Of a stretch of DNA of 64,000 nt, positions 22,233 through 31,718 are shown piece by piece. The notes below the pieces were generated by a model. It was not told the DNA's origin. It made no database searches and saw only the letters and a list, made by a program, of their open reading frames with translations. The translations under genes were made by a program, and so were the position numbers. Origin of the DNA: an uncultured Bacteroidales bacterium (GTDB taxonomy: Bacteria; Bacteroidota; Bacteroidia; Bacteroidales; JAAYJT01); the NCBI GenBank assembly GCA_964550455.1, contig CAZJZG010000016.1, positions 4,960 through 68,959 on the forward strand. The letters run 5' to 3'. The stretch's first letter is position 1. Every line of letters starts with the position of its first letter.

Positions 22233-22431
22233 TAATTTATATTTTAAAGGATTATTAAATCACTAAGCACTCAGGTAATGAATAAGTTATAACTTACTGA
22301 CAAGGGAATATCCGTGCAAATATCCATATTTTTTTACTTAATCCTGCCGCTATTTCCAAATTTTCAATTTTTATTCTGTTGTTGTCTGATCTTTTATGGT
22401 TTTCAAATAACAAAACAAGGCTATAACATTG

Positions 22432-23643
22432 TCATACCTTTAATACTTCGCCCTCGGTTTTTGCAATTATAACTGCGCCACAGGTATCACTCCATACATT
22501 TACGGTTGTACGAAACATATCAAGCAATGGATCAACGGCAAGTATCAAACCTACACCCTCAAGAGGTAACCCAACAGCAGTAAGTACTATAGTAATCATA
22601 ACCAGCCCTGCCATCGGAATTCCGGCAGCACCTATGGATGCCAGCAAAGCGGTTATCACAACTACCAGCTGCTGAGCAAAGGTAAGCTCTACACCATAAA
22701 CCTGAGAAATAAAAATTACCGCTGCACATTCATAAAGTGCTGTTCCGTCCATATTAACTGTTGCACCAAGTGGTAAAACAAAACTTGTTATTTTATTCGA
22801 AACACCGACATTCTTTTCAGTGGCTTCCATTGTCAATGGCAAGGTAGCATTTGATGATGCAGTGGAAAAAGCAGTAATCAATGGTACTTGTAAAGCTTTT
22901 AAATGCTTCAGCGGATTAACTTTTCCTACCAGCTTTAACAGCAATGGCAAAGTAATTCCTGCATGGATAAGCAATCCAAAAATAACCACCAACATATACA
23001 ATCCCATACTTTGAATAAGAGCAATCAAATCACTTTGTTGTGAAACTTTTGTTGCAACCAGACCAAGAATTCCAAGGGGTGTAAAACGAATGATAAAAAG
23101 TGTGAGCTTCATCATTACTTCAAACATTGAATTGAAAAAATCTTTCAATCGCTGGCTATGTTCATTTTCAACCTGAGTGATAAAAAACCCGAATAGCAAT
23201 GAAAAAAGTATTACAGAAAGCAACTGTGAATTTTCTGTAAAAGCCAAAAATATATTTTCAGGAATCACTTTTATCAAAATATCTCCAAGACTGTCTTTAG
23301 CAAGTCCGGAATCAACAGTTTGAGTAAAATTTAATTCGGCTCCAACACCCGGTTTGAATAAATTCATAAGCAATAAGCCTGTAAGAATTGCCAAAATGCT
23401 GGTTACAATGTAATATGACATGGTTTTTAAACCAAGTCTTCCCAAATTTCTTGAACCGCCAATATTGGTTACTCCTGAAATAAGCGAACTCAGAACCAAT
23501 GGAATAATAAGCATTTTCAGCAAGCGGAGAAAAACATCTCCCATCCAGGAAATATATTTAACCTGAGTCGGAAAATAAATACCAAAAATAACAGCAACAA
23601 CCAGTGAAATTAGTATCTGCCAATGAAATGCTATTTTTTTCAT
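22432..23643 (-). CDS. dicarboxylate/amino acid:cation symporter (DAACS family)
   Basis: 403-aa polytopic protein with FSTASSNATLPLTME, VNMDGTALYE and IGAAGIPMAG, which are hairpin HP1/HP2-type motifs of GltP/GltT-like carriers. Confidence 0.85.
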   Translation of the reverse strand: MKKIAFHWQILISLVVAVIFGIYFPTQVKYISWMGDVFLRLLKMLIIPLVLSSLISGVTNIGGSRNLGRLGLKTMSYYIVTSILAILTGLLLMNLFKPGVGAELNFTQTVDSGLAKDSLGDILIKVIPENIFLAFTENSQLLSVILFSLLFGFFITQVENEHSQRLKDFFNSMFEVMMKLTLFIIRFTPLGILGLVATKVSQQSDLIALIQSMGLYMLVVIFGLLIHAGITLPLLLKLVGKVNPLKHLKALQVPLITAFSTASSNATLPLTMEATEKNVGVSNKITSFVLPLGATVNMDGTALYECAAVIFISQVYGVELTFAQQLVVVITALLASIGAAGIPMAGLVMITIVLTAVGLPLEGVGLILAVDPLLDMFRTTVNVWSDTCGAVIIAKTEGEVLKV

Positions 23644-23840
23644 AGTGCTTATCTCAGTTTGTAACTTCTGTAAAAGGCGCTAAAAGTAGAAAAATTTGAC
23701 AAAAGAGAGGCTAACCCGGTGAATTTAAGATTTAAACTAACCACAGATTAAATTAATATCCAGAGATCTTTTTCTAACATTCTCAAAATCACAAATCACC
23801 GAATTACATCAAAAACTACCTGATATTTTGACAATTACAC

Positions 23841-23848
23841 TAATTTTG
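23841..23848 (+). promoter_or_regulatory. candidate -7 box (TAATTTTG) upstream of the HAD hydrolase gene
   Basis: Exact TAnnTTTG match 24 nt upstream of the ATG at 23872. No well-spaced -33 TTTG is present. Confidence 0.3.
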
Positions 23849-23871
23849 CACGTCAATACTTTATAAAAAAC

Positions 23872-24735
23872 ATGAATTATTCAAACACAACTGTTGCCAT
23901 CTGTTACGATTTCGACGGAACTCTTGCTCCCGGCAACATGCAGGAACATTCGTATATTCCTAATCTTGGAATTGCAAATGCCGATTTCTGGAATCAGGCT
24001 AACCAGTTTGCCAAACAAAATGATATGAACGAAATTCTGGCATACATGTGGCTGATCCTTGAAAAATCAAGACAAAAGAATCTTCCGATCAGAAAGGTTG
24101 ATTTTGTTAATCACGGTAAAAATATTCCGCTTTATCCGGGAGTTGAAGGATGGTTTGAACGTATTAATAATTATGGTAAAACCCTGGGACTTGATATAAA
24201 GCATTTTATAATCTCTTCGGGATTAAGGGAAATGGTAGAGGGGACTATAATAGCGCATAATTTTTCTTTCGTTTTTGCATCAGGATATTATTACAACGAA
24301 GATGGTATTGCTGAATGGCCCTCAGTTGGCATTGATTATACAGGCAAAACCCAGTTTCTTTTCAGGGTTAATAAAGGTATTTTTAATTTTTGGGACAGCT
24401 CAATCATTAATAAATATATGCCTGAAAACCTAAAGCCTTTCCCTTTTGAAAGGTTCATATACATTGGCGATGGCGAAACTGATGTTCCGGCAATGAAAAT
24501 GGTAAATTATCAGGGTGGATATACAATAGCTGTTTTTGATTCACAAAAATCGGTAAACCGTGAGGGGCGTCTTGCAAAAGATGTTAGTCTGGAATTGCTC
24601 AGACAGGGTCGTGCCAGATACGTAGCACCCGCTGATTACCGTGACAACAGCGATCTTGATAAACTTCTGACCAATATCCTGAATGATATTCGTTTTGGTC
24701 AAAACCTTAAAGAACATAATGGAAAGTTCTTGTAA
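23872..24735 (+). CDS. HAD-superfamily hydrolase (phosphatase-like)
   Basis: Motif I is CYDFDGTLA, and the ISSG block is a motif II-like Ser. Motif IV is YIGDGETDVPAM. The substrate is unknown. Confidence 0.7.
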   Translation: MNYSNTTVAICYDFDGTLAPGNMQEHSYIPNLGIANADFWNQANQFAKQNDMNEILAYMWLILEKSRQKNLPIRKVDFVNHGKNIPLYPGVEGWFERINNYGKTLGLDIKHFIISSGLREMVEGTIIAHNFSFVFASGYYYNEDGIAEWPSVGIDYTGKTQFLFRVNKGIFNFWDSSIINKYMPENLKPFPFERFIYIGDGETDVPAMKMVNYQGGYTIAVFDSQKSVNREGRLAKDVSLELLRQGRARYVAPADYRDNSDLDKLLTNILNDIRFGQNLKEHNGKFL

Positions 24736-24829
24736 TTGAACCTGATATTCAGCAGTTTACAGGTTTCATATTCTTAAACCTATTCTGAAATTTTCAATTC
24801 TATTATCTTTTTCGCAATTTAGAGGCTTT

Positions 24830-26650
24830 TTATTGTTCCGGCTCATTGAAATACCGATAAACAATTTCTCCCTTACTTTTCCCAACACATTGCTGCAATT
24901 CGTCAAGGCTGGCGTTTTTAATATTTTTAACTGATTGAAACCTGCTAAGTAATTTATCAGCCAGCGCATTTCCAATACCATCAATCTCAGTAAGTTCTGT
25001 TTTTATTGTACTTTTTTCACGTTTTTTACGATGATGGGTAATGGCAAAACGATGAGCTTCATCGCGAAGATACTGAATAACCTTTAGTGTTTCCGATTTT
25101 TTATCTAAATATAATGGAAGGGGGTCTCCGGGTTTGTAGATTTCTTCGAGGCGCTTTGCAATACCAATTATTTCCAATCTATGATAAATGCCTAGGTCGC
25201 TTAAACTTTTACAGGCTGCATTAAGCTGTCCTTTCCCTCCGTCAATGATAACAAGCTGTGGCAATGGCTTTTCTTCATCAAGTATTCTTTTATAACGCCG
25301 GGTTACTATTTCATACATTGATGCAAAATCATCAGGACCCTCAACTGTACGGATGTTAAAATGCCGGTATTCCTTTTTGTCAGGCTTTGCATTTGAAAAT
25401 ACAACTACAGCCGCTACCGGGTTAGTGCCCTGAGTATTTGAATTATCAAAACATTCAATTCTCTCAGGCAGCTCTTTAAGGTTCAGATCTTTCTGGATCT
25501 GGTTTAGAATACGCCTGGTACGTCTTTCAGGATCAACCAGATCGCGTTGCTTCTGCCGTTCAAGACGGAAAAAAGCAGCGTTGCGTTCTGACAGTTCAAG
25601 AAGTTGTTTTTTATCTCCGCGTTTTGGTACAGTGAATTTCACGCCGGGTATTTCAAAATCAGGACGCATGGGAACAATTATCTCCATAGCATCACTGGCA
25701 TATCTTTGCCTGAATTCAGTTATAGCAACCTCAAGTACGTCGCTCTCAGTTTCATCAAGTCTGGTTTGAATCTCAATGGTATGTGACTGAATTATAGCCC
25801 CGTCAACGACTTTAATGAAGTTTACATACATCAAAGCCCCTGATTTCACAAGAGAAAACACATCAACATTGCTTATATTGGGATTGACAACCGTTGATTT
25901 ACTTCGATAACGCTCAAGAGTTTCAAGCTTCTCCTTTATGATTTGTGCTTTTTCAAATTCAAGGTTTTTTGCATGTTCGTTCATTAGCTCCTGAAGCCTG
26001 AGTTTTACTGTATGCAGATTGCCCTTGATAATATCCCGTACCGATGATATATTTTTCATGTAATCCTCTTCGCTCTGAAAATTTTCACATGGTCCCAGGC
26101 AATTCCCGATATGATATTGCAAACAAACTTTAAATTTCCCTTTTCTGATATTTTCCTGTGTTAATTTCAGATTACATGTGCGAATAGGATATAATTGGCG
26201 GATCAGGTCGAGAAGGGTATGCATTATTTTACCTGAAGCATAAGGTCCATAATATTCTGAACCGTCATTTACAAGATTGCGGGTTGGGAAAACGCGGGGG
26301 AAGGATTCATTTTTAATACATATCCACGGAAATGATTTATCATCTTTCAGCAGAATATTGTACCGTGGTTTATAAGTTTTTATCAGATTATTCTCCAGTA
26401 ATAATGCATCCAACTCAGTATCAACAACAATATGTCGGATGTCGGCAATCTTTTTTACCATTACCCTCACTTTTCCAGTAAGGCTGCTATCACGGGTAAA
26501 ATATGAAGAAACCCGTTTCTTCAGGTTTTTTGCTTTCCCAACATAAATAATCTGCCCTTCTTTATCAAGAAACTGGTATATACCCGGATTCTCGGGAAGG
26601 GTTCGGAGTATGGGGTCAATAAAAGAAGTTTCAGTTGAAAACATAATCAT
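24830..26650 (-). CDS. uvrC: excinuclease ABC subunit C
   Basis: GIY-YIG block PGIYQFLDKEGQIIYVGKAKNLKKRVSSY, UVR-domain helix region, and a C-terminal (HhH)2 region IDGIGNALADKLLSRFQSVKNIKNASLDEL. Confidence 0.95.
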   Translation of the reverse strand: MIMFSTETSFIDPILRTLPENPGIYQFLDKEGQIIYVGKAKNLKKRVSSYFTRDSSLTGKVRVMVKKIADIRHIVVDTELDALLLENNLIKTYKPRYNILLKDDKSFPWICIKNESFPRVFPTRNLVNDGSEYYGPYASGKIMHTLLDLIRQLYPIRTCNLKLTQENIRKGKFKVCLQYHIGNCLGPCENFQSEEDYMKNISSVRDIIKGNLHTVKLRLQELMNEHAKNLEFEKAQIIKEKLETLERYRSKSTVVNPNISNVDVFSLVKSGALMYVNFIKVVDGAIIQSHTIEIQTRLDETESDVLEVAITEFRQRYASDAMEIIVPMRPDFEIPGVKFTVPKRGDKKQLLELSERNAAFFRLERQKQRDLVDPERRTRRILNQIQKDLNLKELPERIECFDNSNTQGTNPVAAVVVFSNAKPDKKEYRHFNIRTVEGPDDFASMYEIVTRRYKRILDEEKPLPQLVIIDGGKGQLNAACKSLSDLGIYHRLEIIGIAKRLEEIYKPGDPLPLYLDKKSETLKVIQYLRDEAHRFAITHHRKKREKSTIKTELTEIDGIGNALADKLLSRFQSVKNIKNASLDELQQCVGKSKGEIVYRYFNEPEQ

Positions 26651-26727
26651 TTAAGGATTTAATCATTTAACCCCGTGGTTTATTGCTTGTGTGGCTTATT
26701 TTGGATTTTTTTGTTTTTAAATTTAAT

Positions 26728-27780
26728 TCAATTTTTCTGTCGTAAATGTTCCCAGCCCTGTGCTTGTATTTGAACTGCTGTTCCATTGCGTGTAATAAGA
26801 TTTACTCCGGAGCTTTCATCGGTAATGTGACCTATTACAGTTACTCCCTTAATATTTTTAATTTTATCATGATCGGAAAGTGAAATAGTAAACAAAAGCT
26901 CATAATCTTCGCCGCCATTCATTGCTGCTGTAACCGGCTGAATATTAAACTCTTCAGCTATCATAGCAGTAGCGGTATCAATTGGGATCTTATCTTCGTA
27001 AATATTACAACCGGTTTTTGAATTCTTACAAATATGCAGTATTTCAGAAGCAAGACCATCGCTGATATCAATCATTGCTGTAGGTTTAACATCAGCTTTC
27101 TTTAATTCGGCAAGTATATCAAATCTAGGTTCAGGCTTTAACTGACGCTCAAGTATATAATCATGCCCTCTAAGGTCAGGTTGCATTGTAGGATCGTTTT
27201 TGAACACTGATTTTTCTCTTTCAAGTACTAACAAACCCATATAAGCACCACCCAGATCACCGCTCACACAAACCAGATCATTCACTTTTGAGGTGCTGCG
27301 ATAAACAACTTTATCCTTATCAACCCTGCCCAAAGCGGTAATGGATAAGAACATACCCGACGGACTTGAGGTAGTATCGCCTCCCACCATATCAACTTTA
27401 TAGCGCTCGCAGGCATAATATATTCCTTCGTAAAGTTCGGAAAGAGCTTCCACCGAATAACGGTTCGAAACTGCCAAACCTATAAGAATTTGCTCAGGAG
27501 TACCGTTCATTGCAGCTATATCGCTTAGGTTCATTACTACCGCTTTGTACCCAAGATGTTTTAAAGGAGAATATGTCAAATCAAAATGAATACCCTCAAT
27601 CAACAGGTCTTTTGTAGCAAGCAAATAACTTTCGCCGATATCAATCACGGCTGTATCGTCACCAACCCCTTTAATAACAGCAGGATTTTTGGGTTTTAAA
27701 TTTCCGGTAAGATGATCTATCAAACCAAACTCACCCAATTCAGAAAGTTCTGTTCTATTATGCGATTTGCTCATTTTCAA
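26728..27780 (-). CDS. thiL: thiamine-monophosphate kinase
   Basis: PurM-like/AIR-synthase-related pattern: GVGDDTAVI, KAVVMNLSDIAAMG-type block (NLSDIAAMNG) and GGDTTSS. Confidence 0.85.
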   Translation of the reverse strand: MKMSKSHNRTELSELGEFGLIDHLTGNLKPKNPAVIKGVGDDTAVIDIGESYLLATKDLLIEGIHFDLTYSPLKHLGYKAVVMNLSDIAAMNGTPEQILIGLAVSNRYSVEALSELYEGIYYACERYKVDMVGGDTTSSPSGMFLSITALGRVDKDKVVYRSTSKVNDLVCVSGDLGGAYMGLLVLEREKSVFKNDPTMQPDLRGHDYILERQLKPEPRFDILAELKKADVKPTAMIDISDGLASEILHICKNSKTGCNIYEDKIPIDTATAMIAEEFNIQPVTAAMNGGEDYELLFTISLSDHDKIKNIKGVTVIGHITDESSGVNLITRNGTAVQIQAQGWEHLRQKN

Positions 27781-27818
27781 ACAATTATTATTACAGAATT
27801 AAAAACATCCATACGATG

Positions 27819-27826
27819 CAAAGGTA
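27819..27826 (-). promoter_or_regulatory. candidate -7 box (TACCTTTG) for thiL
   Basis: Plus-strand CAAAGGTA equals minus-strand TACCTTTG (TAnnTTTG). It lies 38 nt upstream of the thiL ATG (27780) and is divergent from the nhaC promoter candidate. Confidence 0.35.
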
Positions 27827-27869
27827 TTGATTTCAGTCCGAAGGAATAGTTGACATTAAGTTTTTCCTT

Positions 27870-27877
27870 TATTTTTG
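27870..27877 (+). promoter_or_regulatory. candidate -7 box (TATTTTTG) for the NhaC-family gene
   Basis: Exact TAnnTTTG match 26 nt upstream of the ATG at 27904. It lies inside the TTG-started ORF extension (27850), which argues against that start. Confidence 0.35.
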
Positions 27878-27903
27878 CCATTCAAAAATCCCAAGCTGTA
27901 TAT

Positions 27904-29844
27904 ATGTCGAGAGCTTTATCCTTTAGTAGTCTTATTTTACTGGCATTCCTATGGTTTAGCTCTGAAGCACTGGCGACAATTACAGAAGGATCCTCCTTAG
28001 AACTACCTGAAAATGCATCTATTAACATACATCTTCCAGGCATTATTGTCAGCAATGTTGAAACAAGCTTGGAGCTTGAAATAGTTACAGACCTGATTTC
28101 TCATCCTGAAGAACAATCCCTTTCTGTTAAAATAAACAATGAAACCTATGATTTGATTTTCCGTTCGGGAAAAGCTTCAATTCCCTATTCTTTTAATGAA
28201 CCAACGATTTTGGTTGTCGAAACCGGAAATATCAGATCTGAACTCCCGGTTCGCCCTATACCATTATGGATGTCGGTCCTGCCACCTTTGCTTGCTATTA
28301 TTATTGCCTTAACGTTTCGGGAAGTAATTTCTGCTTTGTTTCTGGGGTTATTTGCCGGAACGTTAATTATATGGTTTTACAGAGGTGTTGGCGTTTTTGG
28401 AGCTATATTCAATGGTTTATTCATGATCATTGACACCTATATTCCTGAAGCCCTGATGGACAGGGGGCATATTTCCATTATTGTTTTTTCAATGCTTATT
28501 GGTGGAATGGTAAGCCTGGTAACTAATAACGGCGGAATGAAAGGGATCGTTGATATTCTGTCGCGTTATGCCTCTACTCCCCGTTCAGGTCAGATAGCAA
28601 CATGGCTGCTTGGGATAGCCATTTTTTTTGATGACTATGCCAATACTCTTGTAGTCGGTAAAACTATGCAGCCTATAACCGATCGTTTGAGAATATCCAG
28701 GGAAAAACTTGCATATATTGTTGACAGCACTGCTGCACCTGTTGCAGCCGTTGCTTTTGTAACTACGTGGATAGGGGCTCAGCTCAGTTATATTTCTGAT
28801 GGTATCCGAACTCTTAATCTTGATGAAGCTCCATATCAGGTTTTTCTTTATTCGCTTCAATATGCTTTTTATCCTTTTCTTACTTTGGCTTTTGTAGGAA
28901 TTATTATATACAGTCAGCGTGATTTTGGTCCTATGTTTCATGCCGAAGTAAAAGCACGTAAACAACCTTTAAGCAATATTGAACCTGATTCTATCATTAC
29001 CGAAGGTAAAGTTAAGGCACGCTGGTTTAATGCTGCCATACCGGTTTTGATCATAGTGTTTGGAACAATAACGGGTTTAATTATTACCGGACTTGAAGCT
29101 GTTGATTGGGACAAAAACCTGGGTTTTTCAAGGAATCTGTCAAAAATTATTGGCGATGCTGATGCTTATCGTGCTTTATTATGGTCATCACTGGCAGCAA
29201 TACTTACTGCCGTTATTCTTACTCTAATGCAAAGGTTGCTTTCGCTCAGGGATTCTGTGGAAAGTATAATTGAAGGTTTTAAAACTATGCTTCCCGCAAT
29301 TTTGATTCTTACAATGGCATGGGGAATAGCTCTTATTACCCAGCATCTTCACACTGCCGATTATATTTCACATATTCTGATGAATTTAAAGGTTAGCCCT
29401 TTTATGATCCCGGCAATAACCTTTTTGTTTGCTGCCGGAGTTTCATTTTCAACAGGAACATCATGGGGAACGATGGCTATTTTATATCCTCTGATATTAC
29501 CTGCATCATGGATGATTTGCGAAGCAAATATGATGGATTACAATGCAACCCTAAGTATATTTCACAACGTTGTTTCGTGTGTACTGGCTGGCAGTGTACT
29601 TGGCGATCATATTTCGCCTATTTCTGATACCACTATCATGAGTTCACTGGCAAGTTCATGTAATCACATCGAGCATGTACGAACGCAAATGCCTTATGCT
29701 CTTATAGTTGCAATAGTTGGTATAATAGTTGGTACAATACCCACAGCTTACGGACTTCCGTGGTTTATTAGCTACCCTCTTGCACTTGCATTATTGTATG
29801 GAATTATCCTGTTGTTTGGTCGAAAAGTGAGTAAAATTCAATAA
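27904..29844 (+). CDS. Na+/H+ antiporter NhaC-family membrane protein with extra N-terminal extracytoplasmic domain
   Basis: Polytopic C-terminal part of about 520 aa (FFDDYANTLVVG, STAAPVA, SFSTGTSWGT, GDHISPISDTT are NhaC-like blocks). It is preceded by a signal/anchor MSRALSFSSLILLAFLWFSSEALA and a non-membrane segment of about 90 aa. The start was moved to ATG 27904. Confidence 0.75.
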   Translation: MSRALSFSSLILLAFLWFSSEALATITEGSSLELPENASINIHLPGIIVSNVETSLELEIVTDLISHPEEQSLSVKINNETYDLIFRSGKASIPYSFNEPTILVVETGNIRSELPVRPIPLWMSVLPPLLAIIIALTFREVISALFLGLFAGTLIIWFYRGVGVFGAIFNGLFMIIDTYIPEALMDRGHISIIVFSMLIGGMVSLVTNNGGMKGIVDILSRYASTPRSGQIATWLLGIAIFFDDYANTLVVGKTMQPITDRLRISREKLAYIVDSTAAPVAAVAFVTTWIGAQLSYISDGIRTLNLDEAPYQVFLYSLQYAFYPFLTLAFVGIIIYSQRDFGPMFHAEVKARKQPLSNIEPDSIITEGKVKARWFNAAIPVLIIVFGTITGLIITGLEAVDWDKNLGFSRNLSKIIGDADAYRALLWSSLAAILTAVILTLMQRLLSLRDSVESIIEGFKTMLPAILILTMAWGIALITQHLHTADYISHILMNLKVSPFMIPAITFLFAAGVSFSTGTSWGTMAILYPLILPASWMICEANMMDYNATLSIFHNVVSCVLAGSVLGDHISPISDTTIMSSLASSCNHIEHVRTQMPYALIVAIVGIIVGTIPTAYGLPWFISYPLALALLYGIILLFGRKVSKIQ

Positions 29845-29855
29845 TTGAATAAGCC

Positions 29856-30632
29856 ATGAGCTGGTATCTGATTGTTTTACTTATTATTTCCGGGATATTA
29901 ACCGGCTTTATCAACACTCTTGCGGGAGGAGGCTCGGTTATTTCATTATCGGTATTTATGATGCTTGGTCTTCCTCCTCAGATTGCCAATGGTACAAACC
30001 GGATAGGTATTTTGTTTCAGACTCTTTTTGCTTCCGGCTCGTTCCGGCATTATAAAGTATTCAGTCTCAACGAAGGAACAAGACTCGCCATACCTGCTGT
30101 AATTGGTTCAATTATCGGAGCGCAACTGGCTGTAGATATTGACAAGGAAGTTTTTAACTACGTAATAGCCTTTTTGCTCTTATTCATTATGGTTATGATG
30201 TTTATAAAACCAGCCCAATGGATTAAAGGTAATGAAAATCTTGCAGTTAAAAAACCCGGATGGGTGCAGATGCTTGTATTTTTTGGAATTGGTTTTTATG
30301 GAGGCTTTATTCAGGTTGGAGTAGGATATTTTTTAATTGCAGGAATTGTTTTGGGTGCCGGATACAATCTTGTTAAAGCCAATGCAATAAAAGGATGGAT
30401 AATGCTTTTATTTACTGCCTTTGCACTTATTATATTTGTTATCAACAAACAGGTGATCTGGTCTTACGGACTTATTCACGCTATTGGCAACGTTATTGGA
30501 GCATTGGTGGGATCGCGCCTTGCAGTAAAAAAAGGTGCAAAATTTGTTAGGTGGGTTATCGTTGTATTTATTGTAATAACAGCAGCCGATTTATTTGGCT
30601 TAATAAACTTAAAAGATTGGTTACACATTTAA
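29856..30632 (+). CDS. TauE/SafE-family anion exporter membrane protein
   Basis: 258 aa with about 8 TM helices. The duplicated GGG/GxG motif is present (LAGGGSVISL ... FFGIGFYGGFIQVGVG). It starts 11 nt after the nhaC-family stop. Confidence 0.75.
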   Translation: MSWYLIVLLIISGILTGFINTLAGGGSVISLSVFMMLGLPPQIANGTNRIGILFQTLFASGSFRHYKVFSLNEGTRLAIPAVIGSIIGAQLAVDIDKEVFNYVIAFLLLFIMVMMFIKPAQWIKGNENLAVKKPGWVQMLVFFGIGFYGGFIQVGVGYFLIAGIVLGAGYNLVKANAIKGWIMLLFTAFALIIFVINKQVIWSYGLIHAIGNVIGALVGSRLAVKKGAKFVRWVIVVFIVITAADLFGLINLKDWLHI

Positions 30633-30643
30633 TACGTATTCTT

Positions 30644-31630
30644 ATGAAAAAGTTCAGTTTTGTAAAATTACTGGTTCTTCTGGTGGCTATTATTAGCCTT
30701 CCACAGGTTGTTTCAGCTCAAAAACCTAAATATGTACTGGTCATTCATGGCGGAGCAGGATATCTTTCGCCTGAGAACACCTCAGAAAATGAATTAACTA
30801 TTGTAAAAAACGGACTTCAGCGTTCGCTCAATGCCGGTGAAGCTGTTTTAAGAGCCGGTGGTTCAGCTTTGGATGCTGTAGAAGCCAGTATCAGAGTGCT
30901 GGAAGATCATCCGGCGTTCAATGCAGGCAGAGGTGCTGTAATTAATGCTGATGGTAATATAGAACTTGATGCTTCAATTATGGATGGCAGTAATACTATG
31001 GCAGGCGCCATTGCCGGTGTTCACACAATTAAAAATCCAATAACCGCTGCCCGTAAGGTTATGGAAGCTTCACCCCATGTTTTGCTTATTGGCGAAGGTG
31101 CTGAGAAATTTGCAGAAGAACAGGGTATTGAAATAGTTGATCCTTCGTATTTTTTTACTGAAGGAAGCTGGAATGAATATTTAAGGATAAAAGAAACTCA
31201 GGAAAAAGATGGGCGTAAAGGTACTGTTGGCGCCGTTGCACTGGATAAACACGGTAATCTTGCAGCAGGAACCTCTACCGGAGGAATGGTGATGAAACAA
31301 TATGGCCGTGTGGGCGATGTTCCGATAATTGGTGCAGGAACTTATGCAAATAATGAAACATGTGCTGTTTCAGCAACCGGACATGGTGAGTATTTTATAA
31401 GAAATGTAGTAAGTTACGATATTTCGGCACTTATGCTTTATAAAAATATGAGCCTGGAAGACGCTGCACATTCTGTTGTGATGGAAAAACTGGCAAAACA
31501 AAAAGGAAACGGAGGAATCATAGCAGTAGATAAAGACGGGAATATTACAATGCAGTGTAATACCTCATCAATGTACAGAGGCTATGTGAAATCAACAGGA
31601 GAAACCAATGTACTGATATTCAGCAAATAA
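30644..31630 (+). CDS. isoaspartyl peptidase / L-asparaginase (Ntn-hydrolase, plant-type asparaginase family), secreted
   Basis: Signal peptide MKKFSFVKLLVLLVAIISLPQVVSAQ, HGGAG, the autocleavage nucleophile block GTVGAVALD, and GAGTYA. The ORF-track start (30551) overlaps the TauE gene and is rejected. Confidence 0.85.
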   Translation: MKKFSFVKLLVLLVAIISLPQVVSAQKPKYVLVIHGGAGYLSPENTSENELTIVKNGLQRSLNAGEAVLRAGGSALDAVEASIRVLEDHPAFNAGRGAVINADGNIELDASIMDGSNTMAGAIAGVHTIKNPITAARKVMEASPHVLLIGEGAEKFAEEQGIEIVDPSYFFTEGSWNEYLRIKETQEKDGRKGTVGAVALDKHGNLAAGTSTGGMVMKQYGRVGDVPIIGAGTYANNETCAVSATGHGEYFIRNVVSYDISALMLYKNMSLEDAAHSVVMEKLAKQKGNGGIIAVDKDGNITMQCNTSSMYRGYVKSTGETNVLIFSK

Positions 31631-31718
31631 TTATTATATTTACCGGTTGTATCAAAAATAATACAAAAGAAGTTTTTTATCCGATTCTGAAACAAGGTAT
31701 TTATACAAAACAGGCTAT

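Noticed and set aside
24766-24984. 72-aa minus-strand ORF at the uvrC 3' end
   Set aside because: It overlaps the uvrC C-terminal (HhH)2 coding region in another frame and is most likely spurious.
27850-27903. TTG-initiated 18-codon extension of the NhaC-family ORF
   Set aside because: It contains an exact TAnnTTTG -7 box (27870-27877). The ATG at 27904 gives a normal signal or anchor sequence.
30551-30643. 31-codon N-terminal extension of the isoaspartyl peptidase ORF
   Set aside because: It overlaps the 3' end of the TauE gene in another frame. The ATG at 30644 yields a classic signal peptide (MKKFSFVKLLVLLVAIISLPQVVSAQ).
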